Shown piece by piece: positions 38,250 through 48,007 of a stretch of 64,000 nt of DNA; positions within the stretch are counted from its first letter, which is position 1, and each line of letters opens with the position of its first letter. Below the pieces are notes generated by a model. The model saw nothing but the letters and a program-made list of their open reading frames with translations, was not told the origin of the DNA and did no database searches. The stretch covers positions 3,238-67,237 of the forward strand of contig CALQQB010000015.1 of NCBI GenBank assembly GCA_943332615.1, read 5' to 3'. A program made the translations under genes and the position numbers. Source of the DNA: Phenylobacterium deserti. GTDB lineage: Bacteria; Pseudomonadota; Alphaproteobacteria; Caulobacterales; Caulobacteraceae.

Positions 38250-38999
38250 TCAGCCGGGCAGGAAGATGCGCAGCCGCTCGGTCACCAGCAGCAGCAGGTG
38301 GTCGGCGAAGAAGCTCTCCGCCGACGCCTCGCGCACGGCCTCGCGCTTGCGCATTGAGGCCTCGAAGGTGGGCCAGTCTGGCCACCAGAGCTCGGCGTAG
38401 CCATCCCAGCGCGAGCCCTTAGACCGCGCCGCATCGACCAGGTTCAGCATGTAGCCCGAGAGGCCGATCTGGCGGGCCACGTCCGGCCCGTGCTCGTCGC
38501 GCCAGTCGTCGTAGAACCGCTGGCGGTCGTGGCCGGCCGGGCGGGAGACCAGGCCAATGCGTTTGGCCCCTGCGGTCGCGGCTCCGTCCAGCGGCCTGAT
38601 CACCACCGTGGCGGTGACGATCTGCATCGGCCGCGGCAGGGTTACGGCAGAGCCGGCGGCGAGGGTGCCAGAGTCCAGGGCGGCATCCAGGGTCCGGGTG
38701 TTGGCGAACTCCAGCTCTGCGACGCCGTCGTAGGGCGTGTCCGGCGTGCGGGCGGCATCGACGGCGTTGAACACCAGCGACCTGAGGCCGGGCGTGCGGG
38801 CGAGGCGGGGCGCATCCGCGGCCAGCCAGCCGGCCACGAAAGCATTGCGGTCGGCCGCCGCGGCGCGGGTCAGGAAGAGACTGAGCTTCGGCCGCGGGGA
38901 GACGACGCCCACATGGGCGGCCGCCCTGGCTGGGCCGGCGGTGAGGACCAGGCCGGCCGCGCCGGCGACCACGCGGCGCCGATCGCTCTGGTGTTTCAT
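38250..38999 (-). CDS. tandem EthD-domain protein with Tat signal
   Basis: MKHQSDRRRVVAGAAGLVLTAGPARAAA, then two EthD-like halves (each ending ...YDGVAELEF / ...WDGYAELWW). Confidence 0.7.
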   Translation of the reverse strand: MKHQSDRRRVVAGAAGLVLTAGPARAAAHVGVVSPRPKLSLFLTRAAAADRNAFVAGWLAADAPRLARTPGLRSLVFNAVDAARTPDTPYDGVAELEFANTRTLDAALDSGTLAAGSAVTLPRPMQIVTATVVIRPLDGAATAGAKRIGLVSRPAGHDRQRFYDDWRDEHGPDVARQIGLSGYMLNLVDAARSKGSRWDGYAELWWPDWPTFEASMRKREAVREASAESFFADHLLLLVTERLRIFLPG

Positions 39000-39016
39000 C
39001 AACCGCGCTTCATGAG

Positions 39017-40156
39017 CTAGACGATCCCCGCCGTCCGCAGCGCAGCGATCTCCGCGGCTCCGTAGCCGACCTCGGCAAGGACCCGGTCGGTGTCGGCGCC
39101 CAGGGCCGGCACCGGGCCCGAGGGCGCCGTTTGGCGGCTTTCCAGCCGATAGGGCGGGCCAAGCACGCTGATCGCTTCGCCGCGGTCGGCGACCAAGGCC
39201 TGGTGGATGAGGCCACGCTGCTGGACGTGGGCGCTCGCCACCACCTCCGGGATCTCGCGGACGGCGGCGGCGGGCATGCCGGCGCGGGTGAAGTCCTGCT
39301 CCCAATCCTCGGCGGTGCGGACGGCGAGGCGCGCCTCGATGGCCTGGCGCAGCGCCTCGGCATTGGCGTCGCGGGCGGCGGGGTCGGCGAAGCGCGGATC
39401 ATCGATCAGCGCCGGGGCGCCCAGCACGTCGGAGATCGTCCGAAACCAGCGTTGGTGCGCGCCCATCAGGAAGATCTGGCGGTCCTTGGCCATGAAGCGG
39501 CCGACGGCGGGGCGGCGGTCGCGGCGGCCCGAGCCTGAGCCGCCGATGCGCGGGCTCATCAGGCTGAGCGCCACGTCGATCATCGCCACGTCGAGGCGCT
39601 GGCCGCGGCCGGTCTTCGCCCGCTGCAGCAGGGCGGCGAGGATCGCGGTGGCCGCGGCGTGGCCGCTGCTCAGGTCGAGTACGCCCAGGCCCGGGTGCAG
39701 CGGATCGGCCTCTTCGTCGAGGTAGCTTGCGGTGAGCCCCGAAGCCGCTTGCACCGACCACTCGACGGCCGGCAGGTCGCGCCAGGGTCCGTCGAGGCCG
39801 AAGCCGCTGATCGAGCACCAGATGAGCTTCGGGTGGGCTGCGCGCATGGCGTCCCACTGCAGCCCGAACTTCTCGGCGGTGCCCGGCTTGAAGTTGTCGA
39901 CCAGCACGTCGGCGTCGTGGAGCAGGCGCTGCAGCACTTGCGCCGATCCCGGGTCCTTCAGATTGAGCGAGACCGAGGCCTTGCCGGCGTTCACCGCCTC
40001 GAACGTGGTCCGCATGAAGCCGCGGAAGTCGTCGCCGACGCCGGGGTTCTCGACTTTGATCACCGTCGCGCCGAGTAGCATCAGTTGATAGGTGCAGAAC
40101 GGCCCCGCAAGCGCGTGGGTCAGATCGACAACGGTGACGCCTTCCAGCGGCTGCAT
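39017..40156 (-). CDS. family III (CaiB/BaiF) CoA-transferase
   Basis: MQPLEGVTVVDLTHALAGPFCTYQLMLLGATVIKVENPGVGDDFR; 379 aa; GGAAGGAAG SD. The longer 601-aa ORF is an upstream artefact. Confidence 0.9.
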   Translation of the reverse strand: MQPLEGVTVVDLTHALAGPFCTYQLMLLGATVIKVENPGVGDDFRGFMRTTFEAVNAGKASVSLNLKDPGSAQVLQRLLHDADVLVDNFKPGTAEKFGLQWDAMRAAHPKLIWCSISGFGLDGPWRDLPAVEWSVQAASGLTASYLDEEADPLHPGLGVLDLSSGHAAATAILAALLQRAKTGRGQRLDVAMIDVALSLMSPRIGGSGSGRRDRRPAVGRFMAKDRQIFLMGAHQRWFRTISDVLGAPALIDDPRFADPAARDANAEALRQAIEARLAVRTAEDWEQDFTRAGMPAAAVREIPEVVASAHVQQRGLIHQALVADRGEAISVLGPPYRLESRQTAPSGPVPALGADTDRVLAEVGYGAAEIAALRTAGIV

Positions 40157-40331
40157 GCGGCTTCCTTCCAGGTCAGGACTGTTGTCTAGCGGCGGGCGGG
40201 GCCGGCTACAAACACTTGCCGCCAATGGGCTCATGCCGGATGGGAGTGGCCGGACCCGCGCCAGTCGGCGATTGATCGGCGCTGGGTAGGCGGCTACGCA
40301 AACGGGGTGTATCGCCGTCGCGCGACGGGCT

Positions 40332-40856
40332 TTGCGTGTCGAGGAGTGGTTCGGGTTGGGCAACATCAGGATCGCGGTTCCGCGGGGAGCCGAGGCGGGC
40401 GACGGCGAACGCCTGGGCCTGGGCGTGCTTTCGAGCCTGCTGGGCTTCCGGTTCCGGCGGATCCAGAACCACCTGGCGCGCGGACTAGTGTCGATCCCGG
40501 ACTTGGCGGCCAACCGCCCCGGACTGCTGAGTTCGCTGGCGATCATTTCGGCCAATCCCGGTGTCTCCCAGGTGATGCTGGCTCGCGAGGCCGGCCTCGA
40601 TAAGGCCACCCTGGTGATGATCATCGACGACCTCGAGCACGCGGGGCTTGCGCGCCGGAAACGCGACACCGACGATCGGCGCCGCAACCTGCTGTTCACG
40701 ACGCCAAAGGGCGAGAAGATGCTCGAACAGTGGATAGCCTTGGCCCGCGGCAATGAGGCCAAGGTCCGCGCCTGCCTGACGCCGGCCGAGTTCGACCAGC
40801 TCTCCGAGATGCTGGATCGCATCTACGACAGTTGCTTTGGCGCCGTTGAAGGCTGA
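40332..40856 (+). CDS. MarR family transcriptional regulator
   Basis: Winged HTH GVSQVMLAREAGLDKATLVMIIDDLEHAGLARRKRDTDDRRRNLLFTTPKG. Start uncertain (TTG 40332 or downstream). Confidence 0.85.
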   Translation: MRVEEWFGLGNIRIAVPRGAEAGDGERLGLGVLSSLLGFRFRRIQNHLARGLVSIPDLAANRPGLLSSLAIISANPGVSQVMLAREAGLDKATLVMIIDDLEHAGLARRKRDTDDRRRNLLFTTPKGEKMLEQWIALARGNEAKVRACLTPAEFDQLSEMLDRIYDSCFGAVEG

Positions 40857-40887
40857 CCGGCGCGAATAAGGTTCGAGGCGACCAGCC

Positions 40888-41778
40888 ATGGACACCCGGC
40901 GTCTGCGGTACTTCCTGGCGATCGTGGACGCGGGCAGCATCAGCCGCGCGGCCGCCGAGATCGGCGTGGCTCAGCCGGCGCTCAGCCAGCAACTGGCGGT
41001 GCTGGAGGGCGAGCTGAAGGCCAAGCTGCTCGACCGCTCCTCCACTGGCGTAACGCTGACCCCCGCCGGCCAGGCTGTGGCGGGACAGGCGCGCGCCTTG
41101 TTGCGCCATCTGGAGGATCTGCGGGCCAGCGCCCGCGCCGGGCCCGACCAGCTCGCCGGCGTCGTGTCGCTGGGCGTCAGCCCGACGCTCAATTTCGACT
41201 TCGGCGTGGAGCTGACCACCCGCGTCCTGGCCCGGCATCCGCAGGTGCGCCTACGCATCCTGGAGGCGCCCAGCGCGGGCCTGCGCGAAGGCCTGGCGCG
41301 CGGCGATTACGACCTGGCGCTCGCCGGCAACCAGGCGCGCGGGACGGAGCGCACTGAGGTGCTCTTCAAGGAGCAACTCTTCCTGATCTGCGCGCCACAT
41401 CTGCGCCCGGCGGCGGCGGACATGGCCGGCATCGCTGGGCTGCCCTGGATCGTCACCACGTCCCCCAACGCCATGCGGAGCTGGCTGGACGCCCGTTTCA
41501 CGGAGCACGGCGCCGAGCCGCGGATCGTCGCGGAAAGCAACTCGCTGAGTTTCGTGGTGTCGGCTGCGGAGCAGGGCCTGGGCGCCACCGTGCTGTCCCT
41601 CGGTGCGGTGCGCGAGGCGCTGGCGGCCGGACGGCTGGTGGCCGTGCCGTTCTCGCCGCAGCCGTTCTGGCGCACCATCCGGCTGGCCGACCGGCCGGCC
41701 ATCTCCGCGACCCCGGCGGCCGGCGCCGTGCGCGATATCCTGCGCGATCTGGTCCGCGAGCGCTTCCCGGAAGGCTAA
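40888..41778 (+). CDS. LysR family transcriptional regulator
   Basis: MDTRRLRYFLAIVDAGSISRAAAEIGVAQPALSQQLAVLE; 296 aa. Confidence 0.9.
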   Translation: MDTRRLRYFLAIVDAGSISRAAAEIGVAQPALSQQLAVLEGELKAKLLDRSSTGVTLTPAGQAVAGQARALLRHLEDLRASARAGPDQLAGVVSLGVSPTLNFDFGVELTTRVLARHPQVRLRILEAPSAGLREGLARGDYDLALAGNQARGTERTEVLFKEQLFLICAPHLRPAAADMAGIAGLPWIVTTSPNAMRSWLDARFTEHGAEPRIVAESNSLSFVVSAAEQGLGATVLSLGAVREALAAGRLVAVPFSPQPFWRTIRLADRPAISATPAAGAVRDILRDLVRERFPEG

Positions 41779-41781
41779 GGA

Positions 41782-41806
41782 CAGCCATAAGAAAACACGA
41801 TGGCTG
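41782..41806. promoter_or_regulatory. LTTR-box-like palindrome (T-N11-A)
   Basis: CAGCCAT-N11-ATGGCTG, perfect 7-bp arms. Lies 4 nt after the lysR stop and 76 nt before the P450 ATG. Confidence 0.4.
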
Positions 41807-41881
41807 CAAGGCATCTTCTGTCTGAGGGCTTCTCGCGAAGGACAGGCTAGGTTTCGCCCATGCCAAGCGCGCGAGGATTCC

Positions 41882-43102
41882 ATGAGTGAGACCAAGACGG
41901 CCCCTAGGGCCCTGCCGGACGGCCGCACCCCGGACGTGGTGCGCGCCTTCTCAAAGACCATCGACGCCGATCCGGCGTTGCTGCACGCCAGGCTGCGCCG
42001 GGAGTGTCCGGTGGCCCTGCAGGACGGCAGCGGCGGGACGAGCAACGGCCTGCAGGATGGCTGGCTGATCACCCGCTACGAGGACATCTTGGCTGTCAGC
42101 CGCGACACCGACACCTTTGGCCAGTCGATCCGCTGGCCCAGCCGCCGGCGCCCGCCGCTGGAGTCCAACCCGCCGGAGCACCGGCAGTTTCGGGCGCTGA
42201 TGCAGCCCTTCTTCATGCCCGCGGCGCTGGCGCCGCTGGAACCTGTCTCGCGACGCATCGCCGTCGAGCTGTTGGAGCCGCTGCTGGCGGCGGGCTCGGG
42301 CGACTTCGCCCACGCCGTCGCCCGGCCGCTGCCGCCGCAGGTGCTGCTGGCGCGCATGGGCCAGCCGCTGGAGGACTGGCCGCGGATCAAGGCAAGCTGC
42401 GAGGCCGCCTATCTGCAAGGCTCCAAGGACCCGAAGGACATCGCGACCTTCGAAGAGGCCAACGAATACCTCTGGAGCTACAGCCACGCCGCCGTGGCCG
42501 ACCGCAAGGCGGTGCCGCGCGATCCCAAGCAGGACATCATCGCCGCCTTGCTGGCCGGCGAGATCGACGGCGCGCCGGTTGACGAGGACCTGATCGCCGG
42601 CATGGTCCGCCTGGTGCTGGCCGCCGGCCACGACTCGACCACCAGCGCGATCGGCATCTGCGTCGGCTACCTGGCGGAGAACCCGCAGGTCCAGGAACAG
42701 CTGCGGCAGGACCGCTCGCTGATCGGCACGGCCATCGAGGAGATTTTGCGGCTGCGGGCCCCGGTAATCCAGATGCCTCGGGTCGTGCGCAAGGACACCG
42801 AGCTGGGCGGGCGCCACTTGCTTGAAGGCGACCGGCTGCTGATGGTCTTCGCTTCCGGCAACCACGATGAGACGGCGTTCGAGGACGTTGAGACCTGTGT
42901 GCTGGACCGTATGCCGAACAGGCACCTGTCATTCGGGGTGGGGGTCCACGTCTGCATCGGCAACGGCCTGGCTCGCCAGGAGATGAGGGTCACGCTCGAC
43001 GAACTGCTGACGCGTACGACGGCGTTCGGCCTTGAGCGGGAGCCGCAGCGCGAGTTCTGGCACCCTTACGGCGCGACGGCGCTGCCGCTCTGGTTCAAGT
43101 GA
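41882..43102 (+). CDS. cytochrome P450
   Basis: I-helix AAGHDSTTS, EXXR EEILRLR, heme loop FGVGVHVCIGNGLA; 406 aa from MSETKTAP. Confidence 0.9.
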   Translation: MSETKTAPRALPDGRTPDVVRAFSKTIDADPALLHARLRRECPVALQDGSGGTSNGLQDGWLITRYEDILAVSRDTDTFGQSIRWPSRRRPPLESNPPEHRQFRALMQPFFMPAALAPLEPVSRRIAVELLEPLLAAGSGDFAHAVARPLPPQVLLARMGQPLEDWPRIKASCEAAYLQGSKDPKDIATFEEANEYLWSYSHAAVADRKAVPRDPKQDIIAALLAGEIDGAPVDEDLIAGMVRLVLAAGHDSTTSAIGICVGYLAENPQVQEQLRQDRSLIGTAIEEILRLRAPVIQMPRVVRKDTELGGRHLLEGDRLLMVFASGNHDETAFEDVETCVLDRMPNRHLSFGVGVHVCIGNGLARQEMRVTLDELLTRTTAFGLEREPQREFWHPYGATALPLWFK

Positions 43103-43965
43103 TCTGACCCGCCGCGGAAGGCGCGGGGCGAGACGCCCGCGGCTTTGCTGAAGAACCGCGAGAAGTAGGCCGGGTCGCTGAAGCCGAGGTAGTAGCCGGC
43201 CTCGGCCACGGTCATGTTCGAATAGAGCATGAGCCGCTTGGCCTCGAGCAACAACCGCTCGCTGACGATGCCGAGCGGGGTGGCGCCCGCCACGCTGAGG
43301 CAGGCTGTCCGCAGGCGCTTGGGATGGGCGGCCAGCGCCTCGGCGTAGGTCTCCATCGGGGCGCCGGACTTGTAGCGGACCTCGACCATTTCGCGGAACC
43401 GCGCCACCAGCGCCGCCTGGGCGCCGTGAGCTGGCGGAGCGTCGGCGTCGGAAGCCTGGCGCAGCCTGAGGATCTCGACGAAGAGGGTGACCAGCAGGGC
43501 TTCGACGGCTGCGGCGTGGCCGGGGGCCGTCCAGGCGAGTTCGCGGCCCAGGCGCTCGAGGCAGTCCTGCGCGAGCTGCGGCTGGCCCAGCGGCACGCCG
43601 GCGCTGGCCTGGAAGAGGCCGCGGAACTCAGCCTCCCGACGGACAATCTCCTGCCGGTAGGCCTCCGAGATCGTCAACACGGTTCCACAGGTGTCCACCT
43701 CGAAGGCGAAGCCGTGCACCGTCCCGGCCGGGACCAGCAGCAGGCAGGGCGCCTGGAAGGGGATCGAGCGGGCGTCCGCGGTCATCGCGCCGCCGCCGTT
43801 TTCGATGAAGAAGACGTGGTTCAGGTTGGCGTGGGCGTGCGGCCGGATGTTCCAGTTGTTGGGCCGGCTTCGGTCGTCCAGCGCCTCAAGATGAAGGAAG
43901 CGGTCGCCCACCGCCTGTGGCGCCTCGCCGTAGAGGAAGAAGCTTGGGATGGCGTCGTGGCGCAT
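43066..43965 (-). CDS. pobR: AraC family regulator, PobR-like
   Basis: N-terminal cupin-like FFLYGE...WNIRPHAHANLNH, C-terminal AraC HTH GFSDPAYFSRFFSKAAGVSP. Divergent from pobA. The 3' end overlaps the P450 gene by 37 nt. Confidence 0.8.
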   Translation of the reverse strand: MRHDAIPSFFLYGEAPQAVGDRFLHLEALDDRSRPNNWNIRPHAHANLNHVFFIENGGGAMTADARSIPFQAPCLLLVPAGTVHGFAFEVDTCGTVLTISEAYRQEIVRREAEFRGLFQASAGVPLGQPQLAQDCLERLGRELAWTAPGHAAAVEALLVTLFVEILRLRQASDADAPPAHGAQAALVARFREMVEVRYKSGAPMETYAEALAAHPKRLRTACLSVAGATPLGIVSERLLLEAKRLMLYSNMTVAEAGYYLGFSDPAYFSRFFSKAAGVSPRAFRGGSDHLNQSGSAVAP

Positions 43966-44120
43966 GCCGCCGAGTCTCCCCCCAGGCGATGCGGGTGGCA
44001 AGCCGCGGCGTCCAAAAAGTCCAAGTATTCGGGTCCCTGGTCCATCGCGCTCGCCGCGCGTCCGGGTAGTCTGAAGACAAGGTCCCGACTATCAGTGGGC
44101 CATCGGAAGGAAGCCGCGCC

Positions 44121-45311
44121 ATTCGCACCCAGGTCGCCATCGTCGGGGCCGGTCCCGCCGGGATGTTCCTGGCCCACCTGCTGCGCCAGGCCGGCATCGA
44201 CGCCGTCGTGCTTGAGCGCCGCGACCGCGCCTACATTGAGGACCGTGTCCGCGCCGGGCTGCTTGAGCAGATCACCGTCGAGTTGATGACGCGTCTCGGC
44301 CTCGGCGCGCGGATGGCGCGCGAGGGCCTTGTCCACGGAGGCGTGAACCTGGCGCACGAGGGCCAGATGTTCCGCATCGACATGGCGGCCGCCACCGGCA
44401 GTCCGGGCATGATGATCTACGGCCAGCAGGAAGTGATGAAGGACCTCTTCGACGGGGCCGAGGCCCTGGGGCTCAACATCGTCTTCGACGCCGAGGCCGT
44501 GCAGCCGCACGACGTGGGCGCCGACCAGCCGTCCGTCACCTGGCGGAAGGATGGGGTGGAGCACCGGCTCGACTGCGAGGTGGTGGTCGGCTGCGACGGC
44601 TACCATGGGGTCAGCCGCGGCTGCATTCCGGACACTGTGCTGCAGACCTTCGAGCGCGCCTATCCGTTCGGCTGGCTGGGCATACTGGCCGAGGTGCCGC
44701 CGCCGAACCACGAGCTGATCTACTGCAATCATGAGCGCGGCTTTGCGCTGGCGACCATGCGCTCGGCGACACGCAGCCGCGCCTATGTGCAGTGCGGCCT
44801 GGACGAGCGGATCGAGGACTGGCCTGACGAGCGGTTCTGGGACGAGTTCGAGCTGCGGCTCGGGCCGGAGATCGCCGCCAAGGTGGTCCGCGGACCGTCG
44901 TTCGAGAAGTCCATTGCGCCGCTGCGCAGCTTTGTCGCCGAGCCGATGCGCCATGGCCGCCTGTTCCTGGCCGGCGACGCCGCCCACATCGTGCCGCCGA
45001 CGGGAGCCAAGGGACTGAACCTGGCGGTCTCCGACGTGATCGTGCTGGCCGAGGCGCTAGGCGAATTCTTCCACGAGCGCTCGACCGCGGGCATCGACAG
45101 CTATTCGGCTCGGGCGTTGGCGCGCGTCTGGAAGGCCGAGCGCTTCTCCTGGTGGTTCACCGGCCTGACGCACCGGTTTCCCGAGACGGGTGGCCTTGAG
45201 CGGCGGCTGCAGGTGGCGGAGCTCGAATACCTGCGGACTTCGCAGGCGGCGCAGACGGCGTTTGCGGAGAACTATGTGGGCCTGCCGCTGGCGCAACGGC
45301 GGGCAGTCTGA
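44121..45311 (+). CDS. pobA: 4-hydroxybenzoate 3-monooxygenase
   Basis: (I)RTQVAIVGAGPAGMFLAHLL...GDAAHIVPPTGAKGLNLA. The only start-like codon that keeps the GxGxxG fold is ATT 44121, with GGAAGGAAG 7-9 nt upstream. The first ATG (44163) lies inside the motif. Confidence 0.85.
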   Translation: MRTQVAIVGAGPAGMFLAHLLRQAGIDAVVLERRDRAYIEDRVRAGLLEQITVELMTRLGLGARMAREGLVHGGVNLAHEGQMFRIDMAAATGSPGMMIYGQQEVMKDLFDGAEALGLNIVFDAEAVQPHDVGADQPSVTWRKDGVEHRLDCEVVVGCDGYHGVSRGCIPDTVLQTFERAYPFGWLGILAEVPPPNHELIYCNHERGFALATMRSATRSRAYVQCGLDERIEDWPDERFWDEFELRLGPEIAAKVVRGPSFEKSIAPLRSFVAEPMRHGRLFLAGDAAHIVPPTGAKGLNLAVSDVIVLAEALGEFFHERSTAGIDSYSARALARVWKAERFSWWFTGLTHRFPETGGLERRLQVAELEYLRTSQAAQTAFAENYVGLPLAQRRAV

Positions 45312-45456
45312 CCGCCAAATCGAATATAAATTATAACTATTATCTTTACAGGGCCCCGACAGGGGACGGAAATCGACCAAACAAACGCCAAGGCGAGCGG
45401 CCACCTACCCGGTCGGGCCGGATCGCCGGGCGACAGAACGCGCAGGAAACGAAACC

Positions 45457-46896
45457 ATGTCGGAAACCATCAACCGTCCGCAGGCGGGCAAGCCCGGCGC
45501 CAGCTTCGAACGCCGCAACCCGATCACGGGCGAGGTCGCCTCGACCTCGCGGGCCATGACCGCCGCCGAGGCTACCGCGGCCGCCGACCGCGCCGCAGCC
45601 GCCTTTCCGGCCTGGTCGCGCAGCTCGCCCACCGAGCGCCGCACCCTACTCAACAAGGCCGCCGACGCCGTGGACGCCCGCGCCGGGGAGCTGATCGAGA
45701 TCATGGTCGCCGAGACCGGCGCCGCCCCCGCCTGGTGCGGCTTCAACGCCTTCCTGGCCGCCAAGATGTTGCGCGAAGCCGCCGCCATCACCACCCAGAT
45801 CGCCGGCGAGGTGATCCCCTCCGACAAGCCGGGCTTCCTGGCCATGTCCATCCGCCAGCCGGCCGGCGTGGTGCTGGGCATCGCGCCCTGGAACGCGCCG
45901 CTGATCCTGGGCACGCGGGCGATCGCGGTGCCGCTGGCCTGCGGCAACACCGTGGTGCTGAAGGGCTCGGAGCTGTGCCCGGCGCTGCATGAGAAGCTGG
46001 CCGAGGTGATCGCCAGCGCCGGCTTCCCCGAAGGCGTGATCAACGTCGTCACCAATGCGCCCGAAGACGCTGCCGACGTCGTCGAGGCGCTGATCGTGCA
46101 CCGGGCGGTGCGGCGGGTGAACTTCACCGGCTCCACCCATGTGGGTAAGATCATCGGGCGGCTCTGCGGCGAGAACCTGAAGCCCGCGATCCTCGAGCTC
46201 GGCGGCAAGGCGCCGCTGATCGTGCTCGACGACGCCGACCTGGACCTGGCCGTCAACTGCGCCGCCTTCGGCGCCTTCATGCACCAGGGCCAGATCTGCA
46301 TGTCGACGGAACGGATCGTCGTCGATAACAAGGTGGCCGACGAATTCGTGGCCAAGCTGGCCGCCAAGGCCAATTCGCTCCCCGTCGGCGACCCTAGCAA
46401 GGGGCCGGTGGTGCTGGGCTCGGTTGTCAGTCTCGACGCAGTGAGCCGCGTGCAGACCCTGGTCACCGAGGCGGTCGGCAAGGGCGCCAAGGTTGTCGCC
46501 GGCGGTGAGGCCACCCACACCTTCATGCAGGCGACGGTGGTCGATCACGTGAAGCCCGGCATGCGCATCTATGGCGAGGAGTCCTTCGGCCCCTCGGTTT
46601 CCGTCGTCCGCGTGGACGGCGAGGAGGAAGCCATCCGCATCGCCAACGACACTGAGTACGGCCTGTCGGCCGCGGTGATCACCCGCGACATCGCCCGCGG
46701 CCTGCGTATCGCGCGGCGCATAGAGTCCGGCATCTGCCACATCAACGGTCCGACCGTGCAGGACGAGGCCCAAATGCCCTTCGGCGGCGTGAAGGACAGC
46801 GGCTACGGCCGGTTCGGCGGGCGCGCGGGCATTGAGGCCTTCTCGGAAACCCGCTGGATCACCATCGAGACCGAAACGCCGCACTTCCCCTTCTAA
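45457..46896 (+). CDS. NAD(P)-dependent aldehyde dehydrogenase
   Basis: ELGGKAP and catalytic Cys GQICMSTERI; 479 aa. Confidence 0.9.
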   Translation: MSETINRPQAGKPGASFERRNPITGEVASTSRAMTAAEATAAADRAAAAFPAWSRSSPTERRTLLNKAADAVDARAGELIEIMVAETGAAPAWCGFNAFLAAKMLREAAAITTQIAGEVIPSDKPGFLAMSIRQPAGVVLGIAPWNAPLILGTRAIAVPLACGNTVVLKGSELCPALHEKLAEVIASAGFPEGVINVVTNAPEDAADVVEALIVHRAVRRVNFTGSTHVGKIIGRLCGENLKPAILELGGKAPLIVLDDADLDLAVNCAAFGAFMHQGQICMSTERIVVDNKVADEFVAKLAAKANSLPVGDPSKGPVVLGSVVSLDAVSRVQTLVTEAVGKGAKVVAGGEATHTFMQATVVDHVKPGMRIYGEESFGPSVSVVRVDGEEEAIRIANDTEYGLSAAVITRDIARGLRIARRIESGICHINGPTVQDEAQMPFGGVKDSGYGRFGGRAGIEAFSETRWITIETETPHFPF

Positions 46897-46905
46897 GGAC
46901 GCCCC

Positions 46906-47994
46906 ATGGCCGATCCCACCGAACTGCTGCGCCACAAGGCGATGGATCAGGGCGTGGCCGAGACCGATGCCCGCTCGGCGTTCTATGCGCGCGCCGGCGA
47001 GAAGGACCTGGCGCCGCTGTGGAAAGTGCTGGCCGGACTGGTCACACCCTTCCCGCGACCCAAGGCGTTGGCCCACCGGTGGCGCTATGCCGACGTACGG
47101 CCGTTCCTGATGGAAGCCTGTGACCTGGTCACCGCGGCGGAGGCCGAGCGGCGCGTCATGGTCTTCGAGAACCCTGCACTGCGTGGCCAGTCGAGGGTGT
47201 CGGACAGCCTCTTCGCCGGCCTGCAGATCATCAAGCCGGGTGAAGTCGCCCCGGCCCACCGCCACGTCGCCTCTGCATTGCGGTTCATCATTGAGGGCGA
47301 GGGCGCCTACTCCGCCATCGGCGGCGAACGCAGCGTGATGCACCCCGGCGATTTCGTGATCACACCCTCCTGGGTCTGGCATGACCACGGCAATGAGGGC
47401 CCCGCGCCGGTGGTCTGGCTCGATGGCCTGGACATGCACATCGTCAACCTGCTGAACGCCAGCTTCCGCGAGGAGATGGCCGATCAGCAGCACCCCATCG
47501 TGCGGCCCGACGACGCCTCCCGGGCCGAGTACGGCCATGCCATGGCGCCCGCCAGCCGGCCGCTGCACCCGAGCACCGTGAGCCCGATCCTCAACTATCC
47601 CTATGTCCGCGCCGACGAGATGCTGACCAGTATGGCGGCCCATAGCCCGGCCGATCCGTGGCGCGGGCACATGCTGGACTATCTGAACCCGCTGACCGGC
47701 GACTGGGCGATGCCCACCATCGCCACCTCCATGCGCCGGTTGCCCGCCGGGATCGGGACCAAGCCTTATCGCTCGACGGACACCACCGTCTTCTGCGTGG
47801 TGGAGGGCGAGGGAACCAGCAAGATCGGGGACCTCGAGTTCGACTGGGCTCCGCACGACGTCTTCGTGGCCCCCAGCTGGGAAGTTCAGGAGCACCAGGC
47901 GAGCCGGACCGCCACGCTCTTCAGCTACTCCGACCGAGCCGTACAGGAGAAGCTCAGCCTGTGGCGCGAAGCCCGGCTCGACGCGAAGATCTGA
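46906..47994 (+). CDS. gentisate 1,2-dioxygenase
   Basis: Bicupin. N-terminal LAPLWKV and APAHRHVASALRFIIEGEGAYSAIGGE...WHDHGNEG, typical of gentisate dioxygenases. Confidence 0.9.
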   Translation: MADPTELLRHKAMDQGVAETDARSAFYARAGEKDLAPLWKVLAGLVTPFPRPKALAHRWRYADVRPFLMEACDLVTAAEAERRVMVFENPALRGQSRVSDSLFAGLQIIKPGEVAPAHRHVASALRFIIEGEGAYSAIGGERSVMHPGDFVITPSWVWHDHGNEGPAPVVWLDGLDMHIVNLLNASFREEMADQQHPIVRPDDASRAEYGHAMAPASRPLHPSTVSPILNYPYVRADEMLTSMAAHSPADPWRGHMLDYLNPLTGDWAMPTIATSMRRLPAGIGTKPYRSTDTTVFCVVEGEGTSKIGDLEFDWAPHDVFVAPSWEVQEHQASRTATLFSYSDRAVQEKLSLWREARLDAKI

Positions 47995-48007
47995 TCTGGA
48001 GGACGCG

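Noticed and set aside
45646-47895. 749-aa ORF antisense to the ALDH and gentisate dioxygenase genes
   Set aside because: It spans two well-supported plus-strand genes and their intergenic gap. It has shadow-ORF composition.
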